This document shows positions 1 to 9,030 of a stretch of 64,000 nucleotides of DNA, one piece after another. Numbering within the stretch: position 1 is the stretch's first letter; each line of letters begins with the position of its first letter. Both the position numbers and the translations under genes were made by a program. The DNA comes from an uncultured Bacilli bacterium (lineage in GTDB: Bacteria > Bacillota_I > Bacilli_A > RF39 > UBA660): NCBI GenBank assembly GCA_947585665.1, contig CANPXE010000005.1, forward strand, positions 760 through 64,759, read 5' to 3'. The notes beneath the pieces were generated by a model, which made no database searches, had not been told where the DNA came from, and was given only the letters and a program-made list of their open reading frames with translations.

Positions 1-1
1 T

Positions 2-82
2 AAAGAAATTAGATTTGAAGGAAATAAACCAGCTAAATTATATAAGTTTAAAAAAAATATTATTGTTAAAAATGTTTTCTAA
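2..82 (+). CDS. 3' end of an upstream gene (partial, product unknown)
   Basis: Frame is open from the window edge and ends at TAA 80-82 (...KNIIVKNVF*). Too short to assign. Confidence 0.25.
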   Translation, partial: KEIRFEGNKPAKLYKFKKNIIVKNVF

Positions 83-116
83 AGAATTAAGTTATATAGC
101 TTAGAAAGGAGTAAAA

Positions 117-701
117 ATGATCTATTTAATGCGCCATGGCTTGGATGATGAGAAGTTCATTGGTGGTTATAGTGATGTCGATATCGTTCCTGAAGGTATT
201 GCTGGTATCGTCGATAGTGCTTATTACATTCGTGATAACTTAAAAATCAATCGAATTATTACAAGTGACATTAAAAGAAGTGTTACGAGTGCCAAACTGG
301 TTCAAGATATTTTAAAACGAAATTGGCATGAAGATATACCACTTGAAACTAGTTCTTTAATTCGTGAATTAGATAAGGGTACTTTTACGGGACGTGAAAA
401 AGAAAAGTTAACAGAAGAAGAAAAAATGTTCATTAATGGATTAGGAATAAATGATTCCTATCCCAATGGTGAAAGCATGCAAGATATGTACAATCGCGTT
501 AAAAAATTGCTTACTGATGGTTATTTCACGGATAAAGATAATGCTTTAATTGTTACTCATCGCGGGATTATAAATATGCTTTATTTCATCTTGAATGATG
601 AACCTTTATCAATGAATAAGACTAAGTTTCAAGTTACACATGCATCTATTCATGAACTAGACTTATCTAGTAAAAAGAATAAAATTCGTAAAATACATTA
701 A
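117..701 (+). CDS. histidine phosphatase (phosphoglycerate-mutase-like) family protein
   Basis: N-terminal RHG catalytic motif (MIYLMRHGLDD) and a second His in VTHRGII. AAGGAG RBS upstream. Confidence 0.8.
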   Translation: MIYLMRHGLDDEKFIGGYSDVDIVPEGIAGIVDSAYYIRDNLKINRIITSDIKRSVTSAKLVQDILKRNWHEDIPLETSSLIRELDKGTFTGREKEKLTEEEKMFINGLGINDSYPNGESMQDMYNRVKKLLTDGYFTDKDNALIVTHRGIINMLYFILNDEPLSMNKTKFQVTHASIHELDLSSKKNKIRKIH

Positions 702-739
702 AAATGTATTAATAATTATTTATTTATGGGAGGTTTTAA

Positions 740-1879
740 ATGTATAGACATAAAAAGTTTGCGATTACTGGTGGACCATGTGCTGGTAAGACAACAGCTA
801 TGCAAAGAATTGTTGAGGAATTTACTGAGAAAGGATATCAAGTATTTGTGGTTGATGAAACGGCCACTCAATTGATAAATGGTGGTATTCGACCTTTTGG
901 TAATAATCCTTGCGATATGGTTGAATTTCAAAGATATGTTTTAGATTTACAATTAGAAAAAGAAAGATTATATACTAAGTATGCTGATAGTGTTCAACAA
1001 GATACGATTATCTTGTGTGATCGCGGAATTATGGATAACCGTGCTTATATTGATGATAAGACTTTTAAAATGTTATTAAAGGAACGTGATTTAAAAGAAA
1101 TTGATATCATGTCTTCATACGATGCCGTAATTCACTTGGTAACGGCTGCTGATGGTGCTAGTAAATATTATACGACAGCTAATAATAGTGCTCGAACGGA
1201 AACAGTTGAAGAAGCTATTAAAAAGGACCGTCAAACTCTTGATAGTTGGGTTGGTCATAAAAAGATTCACATTCTTGGTAACGAGAATAAATTCGATGAT
1301 AAAATCAACAAAGCTATTGGGGTTATTTATGAAGAACTAGGAGATCCATTACCAATTCAAAGACAATCAAAATTCTTAGTCGATAGTATTGATTTTGAAC
1401 TTTTACACAATTGTCGTTTAGTCAAATTGGAGTTGGAACAATTCTTCGTTGACATTAGTGAAGACGAAGATACGATGATTCGTAAAACGACGCGTGATGG
1501 CAACAGCATTTATAGTAAGACAACGAAGCGTAATACAGATGTTTTAAATGAAAGAATTACGACTTCTAAATATATTAAAAAAGATGAGTATGAAGAATTA
1601 TTGGGAAAAACTAGTGAACAACCAATTCGTAAATGTCGTTATTGCTTTACTTATCAAGGACAGTATTATTACTTGGATGTCTTTACTAATCCTAAAGGTT
1701 TAATGGTCTTAGAAGCTGATCTAACTAATCAAAATACTAAAGTTACTATTCCTGATTTCATTTCCGTTGAAAAAGATATTACTGATGATGTTTACTATCG
1801 CAATGATAATATTTATCGTCGTTTGAATAACATTAAGGAAAAACCTTATATCAAACAAAAAAGTACTAGTGAAAAGTAA
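740..1879 (+). CDS. P-loop NTPase (AAA_28/NadR-like kinase fold) fused to a C-terminal CYTH-like (triphosphate tunnel) domain
   Basis: Walker A ITGGPCAGKTT near the N-terminus. The C-terminal half starts QSKFLV and ends MVLEADL, resembling the first and last strands of CYTH domains. GGGAGG RBS. Confidence 0.6.
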   Translation: MYRHKKFAITGGPCAGKTTAMQRIVEEFTEKGYQVFVVDETATQLINGGIRPFGNNPCDMVEFQRYVLDLQLEKERLYTKYADSVQQDTIILCDRGIMDNRAYIDDKTFKMLLKERDLKEIDIMSSYDAVIHLVTAADGASKYYTTANNSARTETVEEAIKKDRQTLDSWVGHKKIHILGNENKFDDKINKAIGVIYEELGDPLPIQRQSKFLVDSIDFELLHNCRLVKLELEQFFVDISEDEDTMIRKTTRDGNSIYSKTTKRNTDVLNERITTSKYIKKDEYEELLGKTSEQPIRKCRYCFTYQGQYYYLDVFTNPKGLMVLEADLTNQNTKVTIPDFISVEKDITDDVYYRNDNIYRRLNNIKEKPYIKQKSTSEK

Positions 1880-1911
1880 GAAAAATTGATATAATCTAGT
1901 TGGTGATAAAG

Positions 1912-2844
1912 ATGCTTAAAATGACTAAAAATGTTTATGAAGCTAATTTAGTTACCCATGGTGGTAAGTTTCATGCTGATGAAGTTTTTGCGACTGCTTT
2001 TCTTTCAACAATTATTGATAATCCTGTTGTTTGTCGCGTATTAGATGTCCCAAAAGATTTAAATAAAGACGTTTTAGTTTATGATGTTGGTTATGGTGAA
2101 TTTGATCATCACATGAAAGATTTTAATTTACGTCATGCATCAGGAGTAAAGTATGCATCCTTTGGTCTCGTTTTTAAAAAATATGGAATGGACTATTTAC
2201 GACGTGTTGATGAAGAGTATGCCGAAATGGTTTTTACGATGCTCGAAAAAGAATTAGTTGAAGGAATCGACGCTGTCGACAATGGTGAATTTCCAGTAAT
2301 TAATGCTCCATATATTTACCGTAGTCTTGATACAGTGATTGGAGACTTTAATTGTTGTTGGGACGAAGATGTTGACAATGACATTTATTTCAAACAAGCC
2401 GTTGATGTTGCTCTGATGATTTTTTCTGCAACCGTTAAAAAATGTTTTGCCAAAGCTAGTGCTAAAAAAATAGTTGATGAAGCTATTGAAAAGAGTACCA
2501 ATCACATTATGGTATTAGATAAACATTTACCATTTAAAGATTTTGTCATAACATCAAATAATTCTAAAGCTAAAGAGATTTTATTTGTCATTACACCTTC
2601 TAATCGTAATGGTTACAATATTAATACCATTCCTAAAGCTAAGGATACATATCTTACAAGATGTGACTTCCCTAAAGAATGGGGCGGTTTAAATGATGAA
2701 GAACTACAAAAAGTATCAGGAATTAAGAGTGCTATCTTTTGTCATAAAACCTTGTTCTTAGCTGTTTGTGGTACCTTTGATGATGCTCGTTTAATGGCTG
2801 AAAAAGCTATTTCATATAATCTTGAAAATAAAAATATAAATTAA
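1912..2844 (+). CDS. MYG1/UPF0160 family metal-dependent hydrolase
   Basis: THGGKFHADEVFA and GEFDHH motifs are typical of MYG1 proteins. Start is ambiguous (TTG 1900, ATG 1912 or ATG 1921). Confidence 0.75.
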   Translation: MLKMTKNVYEANLVTHGGKFHADEVFATAFLSTIIDNPVVCRVLDVPKDLNKDVLVYDVGYGEFDHHMKDFNLRHASGVKYASFGLVFKKYGMDYLRRVDEEYAEMVFTMLEKELVEGIDAVDNGEFPVINAPYIYRSLDTVIGDFNCCWDEDVDNDIYFKQAVDVALMIFSATVKKCFAKASAKKIVDEAIEKSTNHIMVLDKHLPFKDFVITSNNSKAKEILFVITPSNRNGYNINTIPKAKDTYLTRCDFPKEWGGLNDEELQKVSGIKSAIFCHKTLFLAVCGTFDDARLMAEKAISYNLENKNIN

Positions 2845-2927
2845 ATTTTAATTTTACATATTAGTAGTTAAATTTCTGTTTTTATTTTTGACTATTTATG
2901 ATATTATTATATTGAGGAGTGTTAATT

Positions 2928-3371
2928 ATGAGTAAAGATAATAAATTAGGAAAAGTAATTTTTGCAGTTGGTGTATTAATTTTTGTAGTAGCATTAGGAT
3001 ATGGTTATTTAGTTAAAGACGCCAATGCCTTGATTGCTAATTGTGTTATGGGATTTGGTCTAGTTGTTGAGTTTGTAGGTCTATGTTTCACATATCGTGG
3101 TGAGAAAAGTGAAGAGTATAGAGAAAAGAAAGATATTGAGACTAAGGCAATTGAAGAAATGAAAGCCAAAGAACATGTAGCAAAGAAAGAAGATGTTGTT
3201 GAAGCTAAAGTTAAAGAAGTAAAAAAAGAAGAGCCAAAAGAAGAAAAGACAAACACAGCTCCTAGAAAGACAACTTCTAATGCTAAACAAGCATCAACTA
3301 AGAAAAATGGTAATAGTAATAAGAAAAAAGGACCAGCTAAGAAGAAATCAACACCAAAAAAGAAAAAATAA
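2928..3371 (+). CDS. small membrane protein with a lysine-rich C-terminal tail
   Basis: GAGGAG RBS then ATG 2928. Two hydrophobic segments are followed by a K/E-rich tail ending KKKGPAKKKSTPKKKK. Confidence 0.6.
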   Translation: MSKDNKLGKVIFAVGVLIFVVALGYGYLVKDANALIANCVMGFGLVVEFVGLCFTYRGEKSEEYREKKDIETKAIEEMKAKEHVAKKEDVVEAKVKEVKKEEPKEEKTNTAPRKTTSNAKQASTKKNGNSNKKKGPAKKKSTPKKKK

Positions 3372-3377
3372 GAATGA

Positions 3378-3399
3378 AGTAGACTTGGGTCTACTTTTT
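3378..3399 (+). terminator. rho-independent terminator
   Basis: AGTAGAC-ttgg-GTCTACT hairpin followed by a T-run. Confidence 0.7.
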
Positions 3400-3412
3400 A
3401 TATAGGTGAATT

Positions 3413-3850
3413 ATGAAGAAGAAAATTTTTAAATGGAGTTTGGTAGTACTATTAATGTTCATTATTTTTTATTTTTCTAATCAATCTAGTAATGTATCTA
3501 GTACGACTAGTTCTGGAATTGTTAAAAATATTTTTGATCTATTTAATTTAAATGATATTTTTGTTTTTGATGCCTTTCATACTTTGATTAGAAAGATGGC
3601 TCATTTTAGTATTTATTTACTATTAGGATTTTTAGTATATAATGCATTATTTAATAAAAAGACAAGTTCTATTAATGTTTTACTACATGCAATTTTAATT
3701 GTTTGTCTATATGCCATTAGTGATGAAATACATCAATTATTTATAATGGGACGCAGTGGGGAAATACGAGATGTCTTAATTGATACTATTGGTGGTAGTG
3801 TTGGTTCTTTGTTATATTATTTTTATACTAAATTAAAATATTTTATTTAA
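3413..3850 (+). CDS. VanZ family membrane protein
   Basis: About 145 aa and polytopic. MAHFSIYLLLGF and SDEIHQ motifs are typical of VanZ-like proteins. Confidence 0.7.
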   Translation: MKKKIFKWSLVVLLMFIIFYFSNQSSNVSSTTSSGIVKNIFDLFNLNDIFVFDAFHTLIRKMAHFSIYLLLGFLVYNALFNKKTSSINVLLHAILIVCLYAISDEIHQLFIMGRSGEIRDVLIDTIGGSVGSLLYYFYTKLKYFI

Positions 3851-3905
3851 TTTATTGATAAGATAATCTTTTTTTAGTAAAATTAGAATGAGGAGAGATG
3901 AAACG

Positions 3906-4451
3906 ATGGATTTTGATTATTTAAAAGATGCTGAAGAAAAAATGAAAAAAGCAGTAGAAGCAACGGAAAAGAAATTTCAAACGGTAAGAGCGGGACGTGC
4001 TAACCCTAGTAGTTTAGATGGTGTTATGGTCAATTATTATGGAGCAATGACACCTTTAAAGCAACTTGCGACAATATCTGTTCCTGAAGCAAGACAATTA
4101 CTTATTAAACCATTTGATCGCAGTTGTTTATCTGCTATTGAAAAGGCTATTTTTGATGCTAATTTGGGATATACTCCTAATAATGATGGCGAGACAATCC
4201 GTATTGTTATTCCAATGCTTACCGAAGATAGAAGAAAAGAATTAGTTAAACAAGTTAAAGCAATTAGTGAAGAAGGTAAAGTATCAATCCGTAATGTTCG
4301 CCATGAAGCAATTGAAGCTATTGAAAAAGCTAATTTACCTGAAGATGAAGAAAAGAGTAAGAGTACGGCTATTCAAAACTTAGTTAATGAGTATAATAAA
4401 ATAATTGATGATAAATTAAAAGAGAAAGATGAAGAACTATTGACAGTATAG
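3906..4451 (+). CDS. frr: ribosome recycling factor
   Basis: Typical Frr sequence (VRAGRANPSSLDGV..., TEDRRKELVK). The GAGGAG RBS favours ATG 3906 over the track start at 3888. Confidence 0.9.
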   Translation: MDFDYLKDAEEKMKKAVEATEKKFQTVRAGRANPSSLDGVMVNYYGAMTPLKQLATISVPEARQLLIKPFDRSCLSAIEKAIFDANLGYTPNNDGETIRIVIPMLTEDRRKELVKQVKAISEEGKVSIRNVRHEAIEAIEKANLPEDEEKSKSTAIQNLVNEYNKIIDDKLKEKDEELLTV

Positions 4452-4544
4452 TTCTTTTCTCTAAATAAACCTTGCTTTTTAGATTATTAATGAGATATAA
4501 TATGTTTGTTATGAAAAGCACTGACTAGAAAGTAGTAATAGATC

Positions 4545-4735
4545 ATATTTATTTTTAGAGAATTTGTCATTTTGGTGAAAGACAATAAATAAATACCTAT
4601 GAATTCGTTCTAAGAGCTTTTAGTAAAATGCTAAACGAGTAGTTCGCGTTAAGAACTTTGAGTGCATAGTATTACTATGAATTAAGGTGGTAACACGGTT
4701 AGAATCGTCCTTTGATTTTAACTGTGTTTTATTTT
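4545..4735 (+). promoter_or_regulatory. T-box leader (Phe specifier) controlling pheST
   Basis: AGAGA box and GGTGAAAG distal-loop motif. GAA-TTC-G at 4601-4607 supplies a UUC specifier. T-box sequence AATTAAGGTGGTAACACGG at 4681-4699. Terminator AACACGGTTA...TAACTGTGTT plus a T-run precedes the pheS RBS. Confidence 0.8.
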
Positions 4736-4749
4736 TAGGAGATGAGAGA

Positions 4750-5799
4750 ATGAAAGAAAAACAAGAAAAGATTAGAAGTGAATTTAATAAAGATTTAGAA
4801 AGTGTTAAGACAACAGCTGATTTAAATGATTTACGTGTTAAATATCTTGGAAAAAAAGGACTTATTACGGAACTTACGAAAAATATGCAAGAACTTTCTA
4901 TTGATGAAAGAAAAGAAGTAGGACGTATTTCTAATGATTTAAAAAGCGAATTGACAGAAGAGATGACCAAGTTAGAAAATTCATTGAAAGAACAAGAATT
5001 AAATGCCAAATTAGTTAGTGAAAAGATTGATATTTCAATGCCTAGTACTAAAGTTAGTGTTGGTGGCGTTCACCCTTTAACAAAGATTTGTGATGAGTTA
5101 GAAGAATTATTTATATCAATGGGATATGATGTTGTATCAGGTCCAGAAGTTGAAATCGATAAATATAACTTTGAAATGTTAAATTTACCAAAAGACCATC
5201 CAGCAAGAGATGCTCAAGACTCTTTTTACATTACTGATGAAGAATTGCTTAGAACGCAAACGAGTGCAGTCCAAGTTCGAAGTATGTTAAAAAATCAAGA
5301 GAAAAAGCCATTTAAGATTGTTTGTCCAGGAAAGACTTATCGAAGAGATGCTGATGATGCAACGCATTCGCATCAATTCATGCAAATGGAAGGGTTAGTT
5401 GTTGGTGAGAATATTACGTTATCTGACTTAAAAGGAACCCTTGAAGAAATGGCTCGTAAAATGTTTGGACGTGATCGTGAAGTTCGTTTCCGTCCTAGTT
5501 TCTTTCCTTTTACTGAACCTAGTTATGAAGTTGATGTTTCTTGTATGAAATGTGGTGGTAAAGGATGTAACATTTGTAAAGGAACAGGATGGATTGAAGT
5601 TTTAGGTAGTGGTATGGTGCATCCTAACGTTTTAAATGGTTGTGGTTTTGATTCTAACAAATTTACAGGATTTGCTTTTGGAATTGGAATTGAACGTATT
5701 GCTATGCTTAAATATGGAATAAATGATATTCGTGATTTCTATACTAATGATTTACGTTTCTTAAAAAACTATAATCGCATCGAAGGAGGAGATAAATAA
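4750..5799 (+). CDS. pheS: phenylalanine--tRNA ligase alpha subunit
   Basis: Class II aaRS motifs ([30 protein letters not shown]). AGGAG RBS precedes ATG 4750. The track start at 4687 runs into the T-box terminator. Confidence 0.95.
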   Translation: MKEKQEKIRSEFNKDLESVKTTADLNDLRVKYLGKKGLITELTKNMQELSIDERKEVGRISNDLKSELTEEMTKLENSLKEQELNAKLVSEKIDISMPSTKVSVGGVHPLTKICDELEELFISMGYDVVSGPEVEIDKYNFEMLNLPKDHPARDAQDSFYITDEELLRTQTSAVQVRSMLKNQEKKPFKIVCPGKTYRRDADDATHSHQFMQMEGLVVGENITLSDLKGTLEEMARKMFGRDREVRFRPSFFPFTEPSYEVDVSCMKCGGKGCNICKGTGWIEVLGSGMVHPNVLNGCGFDSNKFTGFAFGIGIERIAMLKYGINDIRDFYTNDLRFLKNYNRIEGGDK

Positions 5800-8186
5800 T
5801 GAAGTTGAGTCGTAATTTTTTAAATGATTATATTGATACATCTAATTACTCCGACTATGAGCTTGCTGAAGCAATGACAATGATTGGTAATGAATATGAA
5901 TCAATTGAAAAATTGAGTAGTGCTACTAAAATCGTTGTTGGTTATGTTAAAGAGATTAAAGATCATCCTGATAGTGATCATTTACATGTTTGTCAAGTTG
6001 AGATTGCTCCTGGGGAAGTTACCCAAATTGTGTGTGGTGCTCCAAACGTCGATAAAGGACAAAAAGTTTTGGTTTCTCTTCCGGGTGCCGTTCTTCCTGG
6101 TGGTGAGATTAAAAAAAGTGTCATCCGTGGGCAAGAATCTAATGGTATGATTTGTAGTTTGACGGAACTTGGAGTAGATCCTAAATATACCGGTGAAACG
6201 CGTGAAATGGGAATTTACGTTTTAGATAAAGATGCTCCTATAGGTGAAGATGGACTTAAATATTTAGGGTATGACGATACAACTATCGACTTTGAATTGA
6301 CAGCTAATAGGGGAGACTTATTGAGTGTTCTTGGAATGGCTTATGAAATAGGGGCAATTACTGGAACTAAAGTTAAACTTCCTGAAACAAAGGTTAAAAA
6401 AGAAGTTGATGACATTAAAGACTATGTAAGTGTCAATGTTAAAACTGATAAATGTCCACTATATCTTGCTCGTTGTGTTAAGAACTTAAAAATAGGTGAG
6501 AGTCCTAATTGGTTAAAAGCACGATTAATGGCTAGTGGTGTTCGTTCTATCAATAATGTCGTTGATATATCAAACTATGTAATGCTGGAATATGGACAAC
6601 CTCTTCACTTCTTTGACCATCGTACACTCGGAAACAAGATAATTGTTCGTCAAGCTGAAAACGACGAAAAAATCGTCACTCTTGATGGTCAAGAGCGTAC
6701 TCTATCAGAACAAGATATTGTCATCGCTAATGAGGATGGACCTGTTTGTCTTGCTGGTGTCATGGGTGGACTTAATTCCGAAGTTGAAGAAGATACAACT
6801 GAAGTTATTATTGAAAGTGCTATCTTTAATTCAAGTAACATTCGTCGTACTGCTAATAAGATTTTACGTAGTGAAGCAAGTAGTCGTTTTGAAAAAGGAA
6901 TTGATCCTAAACGCACTTATATGGCCATTGATAGAGCTTGTTATCTATTAGAAAAATATGCTGGTGGTACGGTTGTTAAAGGACTACAAAAGTATGATAC
7001 TATTGACTATAAAGAAAACATTATTGAAATAACTTTAGACGATGTAAATTCTCTTTTAGGTATAAAGTTTACGAATGATGATGTTTTAGATACTTTCAAA
7101 AAATTAAGTTTCGATGTCAAAGTAGAAAAAAATAAATTTATTGTTAATGTTCCTTCTCATCGTTTAGATATTCATATCAAAGAAGATTTAATTGAGGAAA
7201 TCGGGCGTATTGAAGGAATCGATAAATTACCTTCTACTTTACCAGTAACTGCTAATACGCCAGGTCATTATGAAGATAAATACTATTTTAATAAATTGGT
7301 AAGAGATCGTTTAACTTCTCTTGGTCTATATCAAGTAAAATGTTACACATTAACGGATATTAATAGTTTGAACCGTTTTACTAATGATCCGAAGGACTAT
7401 ATTACTATTGCTTCTCCAATGAGTGAAGATAGAAAGTATTTACGTACTGGTTTATTGCCATCACTTATTAATGTTGTCAATTATAATACAGCAAGAAAAA
7501 ATAATGATATTATGATTTTTGAAGATAGTGATATTTATTATTTGGAAAATGGTGTAACTACGCAAAAATCACTAGTTAGTGGAATCCTTTGTGGTACTCT
7601 TATTAGTAATGACTGGCATAAGGATAAAATTGTTATTGACTTCTATACTGTTAAAGGAATAATAGAAAACTTATTTGAATATCTAGGATTTACTAATCGT
7701 TATCATTTTGATGTTGTCGATCTTCCAAAAGACTTTCATCCATATCAAAGTGCTAGAATTACTATTGATCGTGATGTCGTAGGTTATGTTGGTGTCGTTC
7801 ATCCAAGTATTAGTAAAAATCGTCTTTATGCTTTTGAACTTGATTTAGATAAATTATTTAATGTTAAAGTTCGTGGTATTAAAAATAAAGAAATTTCTAA
7901 ATATCCAACAATTGTTAAAGATTTCGCATTTATTTTTGATAGTGATGTCGTAAGTAGTGATGTTTGTGAAGCAATTAAAAAAGCTTGTGGTCACATTCTT
8001 GATAAAGTTGAAATATTTGACTATTACGTTGGTGAAAATATTGGTAGTGATAAAAAGAGTATTGCTTTTAAGTTAACATTTATGGATCCAACGCGTACTT
8101 TGAATGACGAAGAAGTAATGCAGTTATTCAACAAAGCTATTGATTCTATTAAAAATAAGTTTAATGCTACCTTAAGAGATAAATAA
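5799..8186 (+). CDS. pheT: phenylalanine--tRNA ligase beta subunit
   Basis: 795 aa with an N-terminal tRNA-binding domain plus B3/4, B5 and FDX-ACB-like regions. ATGA overlap with pheS. Confidence 0.95.
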   Translation: MKLSRNFLNDYIDTSNYSDYELAEAMTMIGNEYESIEKLSSATKIVVGYVKEIKDHPDSDHLHVCQVEIAPGEVTQIVCGAPNVDKGQKVLVSLPGAVLPGGEIKKSVIRGQESNGMICSLTELGVDPKYTGETREMGIYVLDKDAPIGEDGLKYLGYDDTTIDFELTANRGDLLSVLGMAYEIGAITGTKVKLPETKVKKEVDDIKDYVSVNVKTDKCPLYLARCVKNLKIGESPNWLKARLMASGVRSINNVVDISNYVMLEYGQPLHFFDHRTLGNKIIVRQAENDEKIVTLDGQERTLSEQDIVIANEDGPVCLAGVMGGLNSEVEEDTTEVIIESAIFNSSNIRRTANKILRSEASSRFEKGIDPKRTYMAIDRACYLLEKYAGGTVVKGLQKYDTIDYKENIIEITLDDVNSLLGIKFTNDDVLDTFKKLSFDVKVEKNKFIVNVPSHRLDIHIKEDLIEEIGRIEGIDKLPSTLPVTANTPGHYEDKYYFNKLVRDRLTSLGLYQVKCYTLTDINSLNRFTNDPKDYITIASPMSEDRKYLRTGLLPSLINVVNYNTARKNNDIMIFEDSDIYYLENGVTTQKSLVSGILCGTLISNDWHKDKIVIDFYTVKGIIENLFEYLGFTNRYHFDVVDLPKDFHPYQSARITIDRDVVGYVGVVHPSISKNRLYAFELDLDKLFNVKVRGIKNKEISKYPTIVKDFAFIFDSDVVSSDVCEAIKKACGHILDKVEIFDYYVGENIGSDKKSIAFKLTFMDPTRTLNDEEVMQLFNKAIDSIKNKFNATLRDK

Positions 8187-8202
8187 AATTATCTCTTTTT
8201 TT
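8175..8202 (+). terminator. rho-independent terminator of pheST
   Basis: AGAGATAA-ataaaa-TTATCTCT hairpin overlapping the stop codon, followed by T7. Confidence 0.7.
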
Positions 8203-8262
8203 GTTTTTTCTCTTTTAATTTATTGCAAAAAATGGTATATTTAGAATGGAGGATGGTGTGAT

Positions 8263-8988
8263 ATGAAAAAAATTGGTATTTTAATTATGCTAGTTGGTTT
8301 AGTTGCATTAGTTGGTGGTGGTTATTTATTCTTGACTAGTGATGGAGATGAAAAGGAGACTCCAAAGCAAGAAAATAAGGAAGAAGAAAATAAAACCTCT
8401 GAATTTAATGAGTCAATGATTAAGAGTTATTCTGAATATGCAAATTATAATTTGACAATTAGTTCTATGGCTACAACAGGAGAAACGACTGTTGAAGTAA
8501 ACACTAATAATAGAATTGATGTTAAAAACAGTATTATTCAAACAATTACAGTTCTTTCTGATGTGACAAGTTATTATTACTATGATATTACTAATAAACT
8601 AGAATATTATTCTTCTGATAATGTCAAATGGGAAAAGAATACTAATACGACAATGGCTTTACCTGATTTTTCAGTAATAATTGATAATGTTAAGAACTTA
8701 AATAATGTTACTAAAGTAGGTGAAGGAATTTATCAATTGACTAGTAATATTATGGAAGGCGATGTTACATTACAAAATGTTACAATTAATGTTACTTTTA
8801 CAAATGAGGGATATTTGTCTAATATATCTTATATGATAACTGATGCTACTACTAATACTACTGTCACAACAAATTATATATTTTCATCTGTAAATGTTGT
8901 TGGTGATGTATTATTACCAAATGAAATAGTTACTGGTGCTACTCAAGGTAGTGCAACTAGCAAGATTGATTTCTTCAAATTAGCATAA
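8263..8988 (+). CDS. membrane-anchored, probably extracytoplasmic protein of unknown function
   Basis: GGAGG RBS, an N-terminal TM/signal anchor, then a T/N/S-rich domain. Confidence 0.55.
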   Translation: MKKIGILIMLVGLVALVGGGYLFLTSDGDEKETPKQENKEEENKTSEFNESMIKSYSEYANYNLTISSMATTGETTVEVNTNNRIDVKNSIIQTITVLSDVTSYYYYDITNKLEYYSSDNVKWEKNTNTTMALPDFSVIIDNVKNLNNVTKVGEGIYQLTSNIMEGDVTLQNVTINVTFTNEGYLSNISYMITDATTNTTVTTNYIFSSVNVVGDVLLPNEIVTGATQGSATSKIDFFKLA

Positions 8989-8990
8989 TA

Positions 8991-9020
8991 AAAAAAGCCT
9001 AATCAAATGATTAGGTTTTT
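8991..9020. terminator. bidirectional terminator between convergent genes
   Basis: CCTAATC-aaat-GATTAGG hairpin flanked by A6 on the left and T5 on the right. Confidence 0.7.
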
Positions 9021-9030
9021 ATTTTGTCTT

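Noticed and set aside
4620-5009. A 129-aa minus-strand ORF, plus the N-terminal 21 codons of the track's pheS ORF (4687-4749).
   Set aside because: Both overlap the T-box leader and its terminator. pheS has a proper AGGAG RBS and ATG at 4750. The antisense ORF has no RBS and a low-complexity translation.
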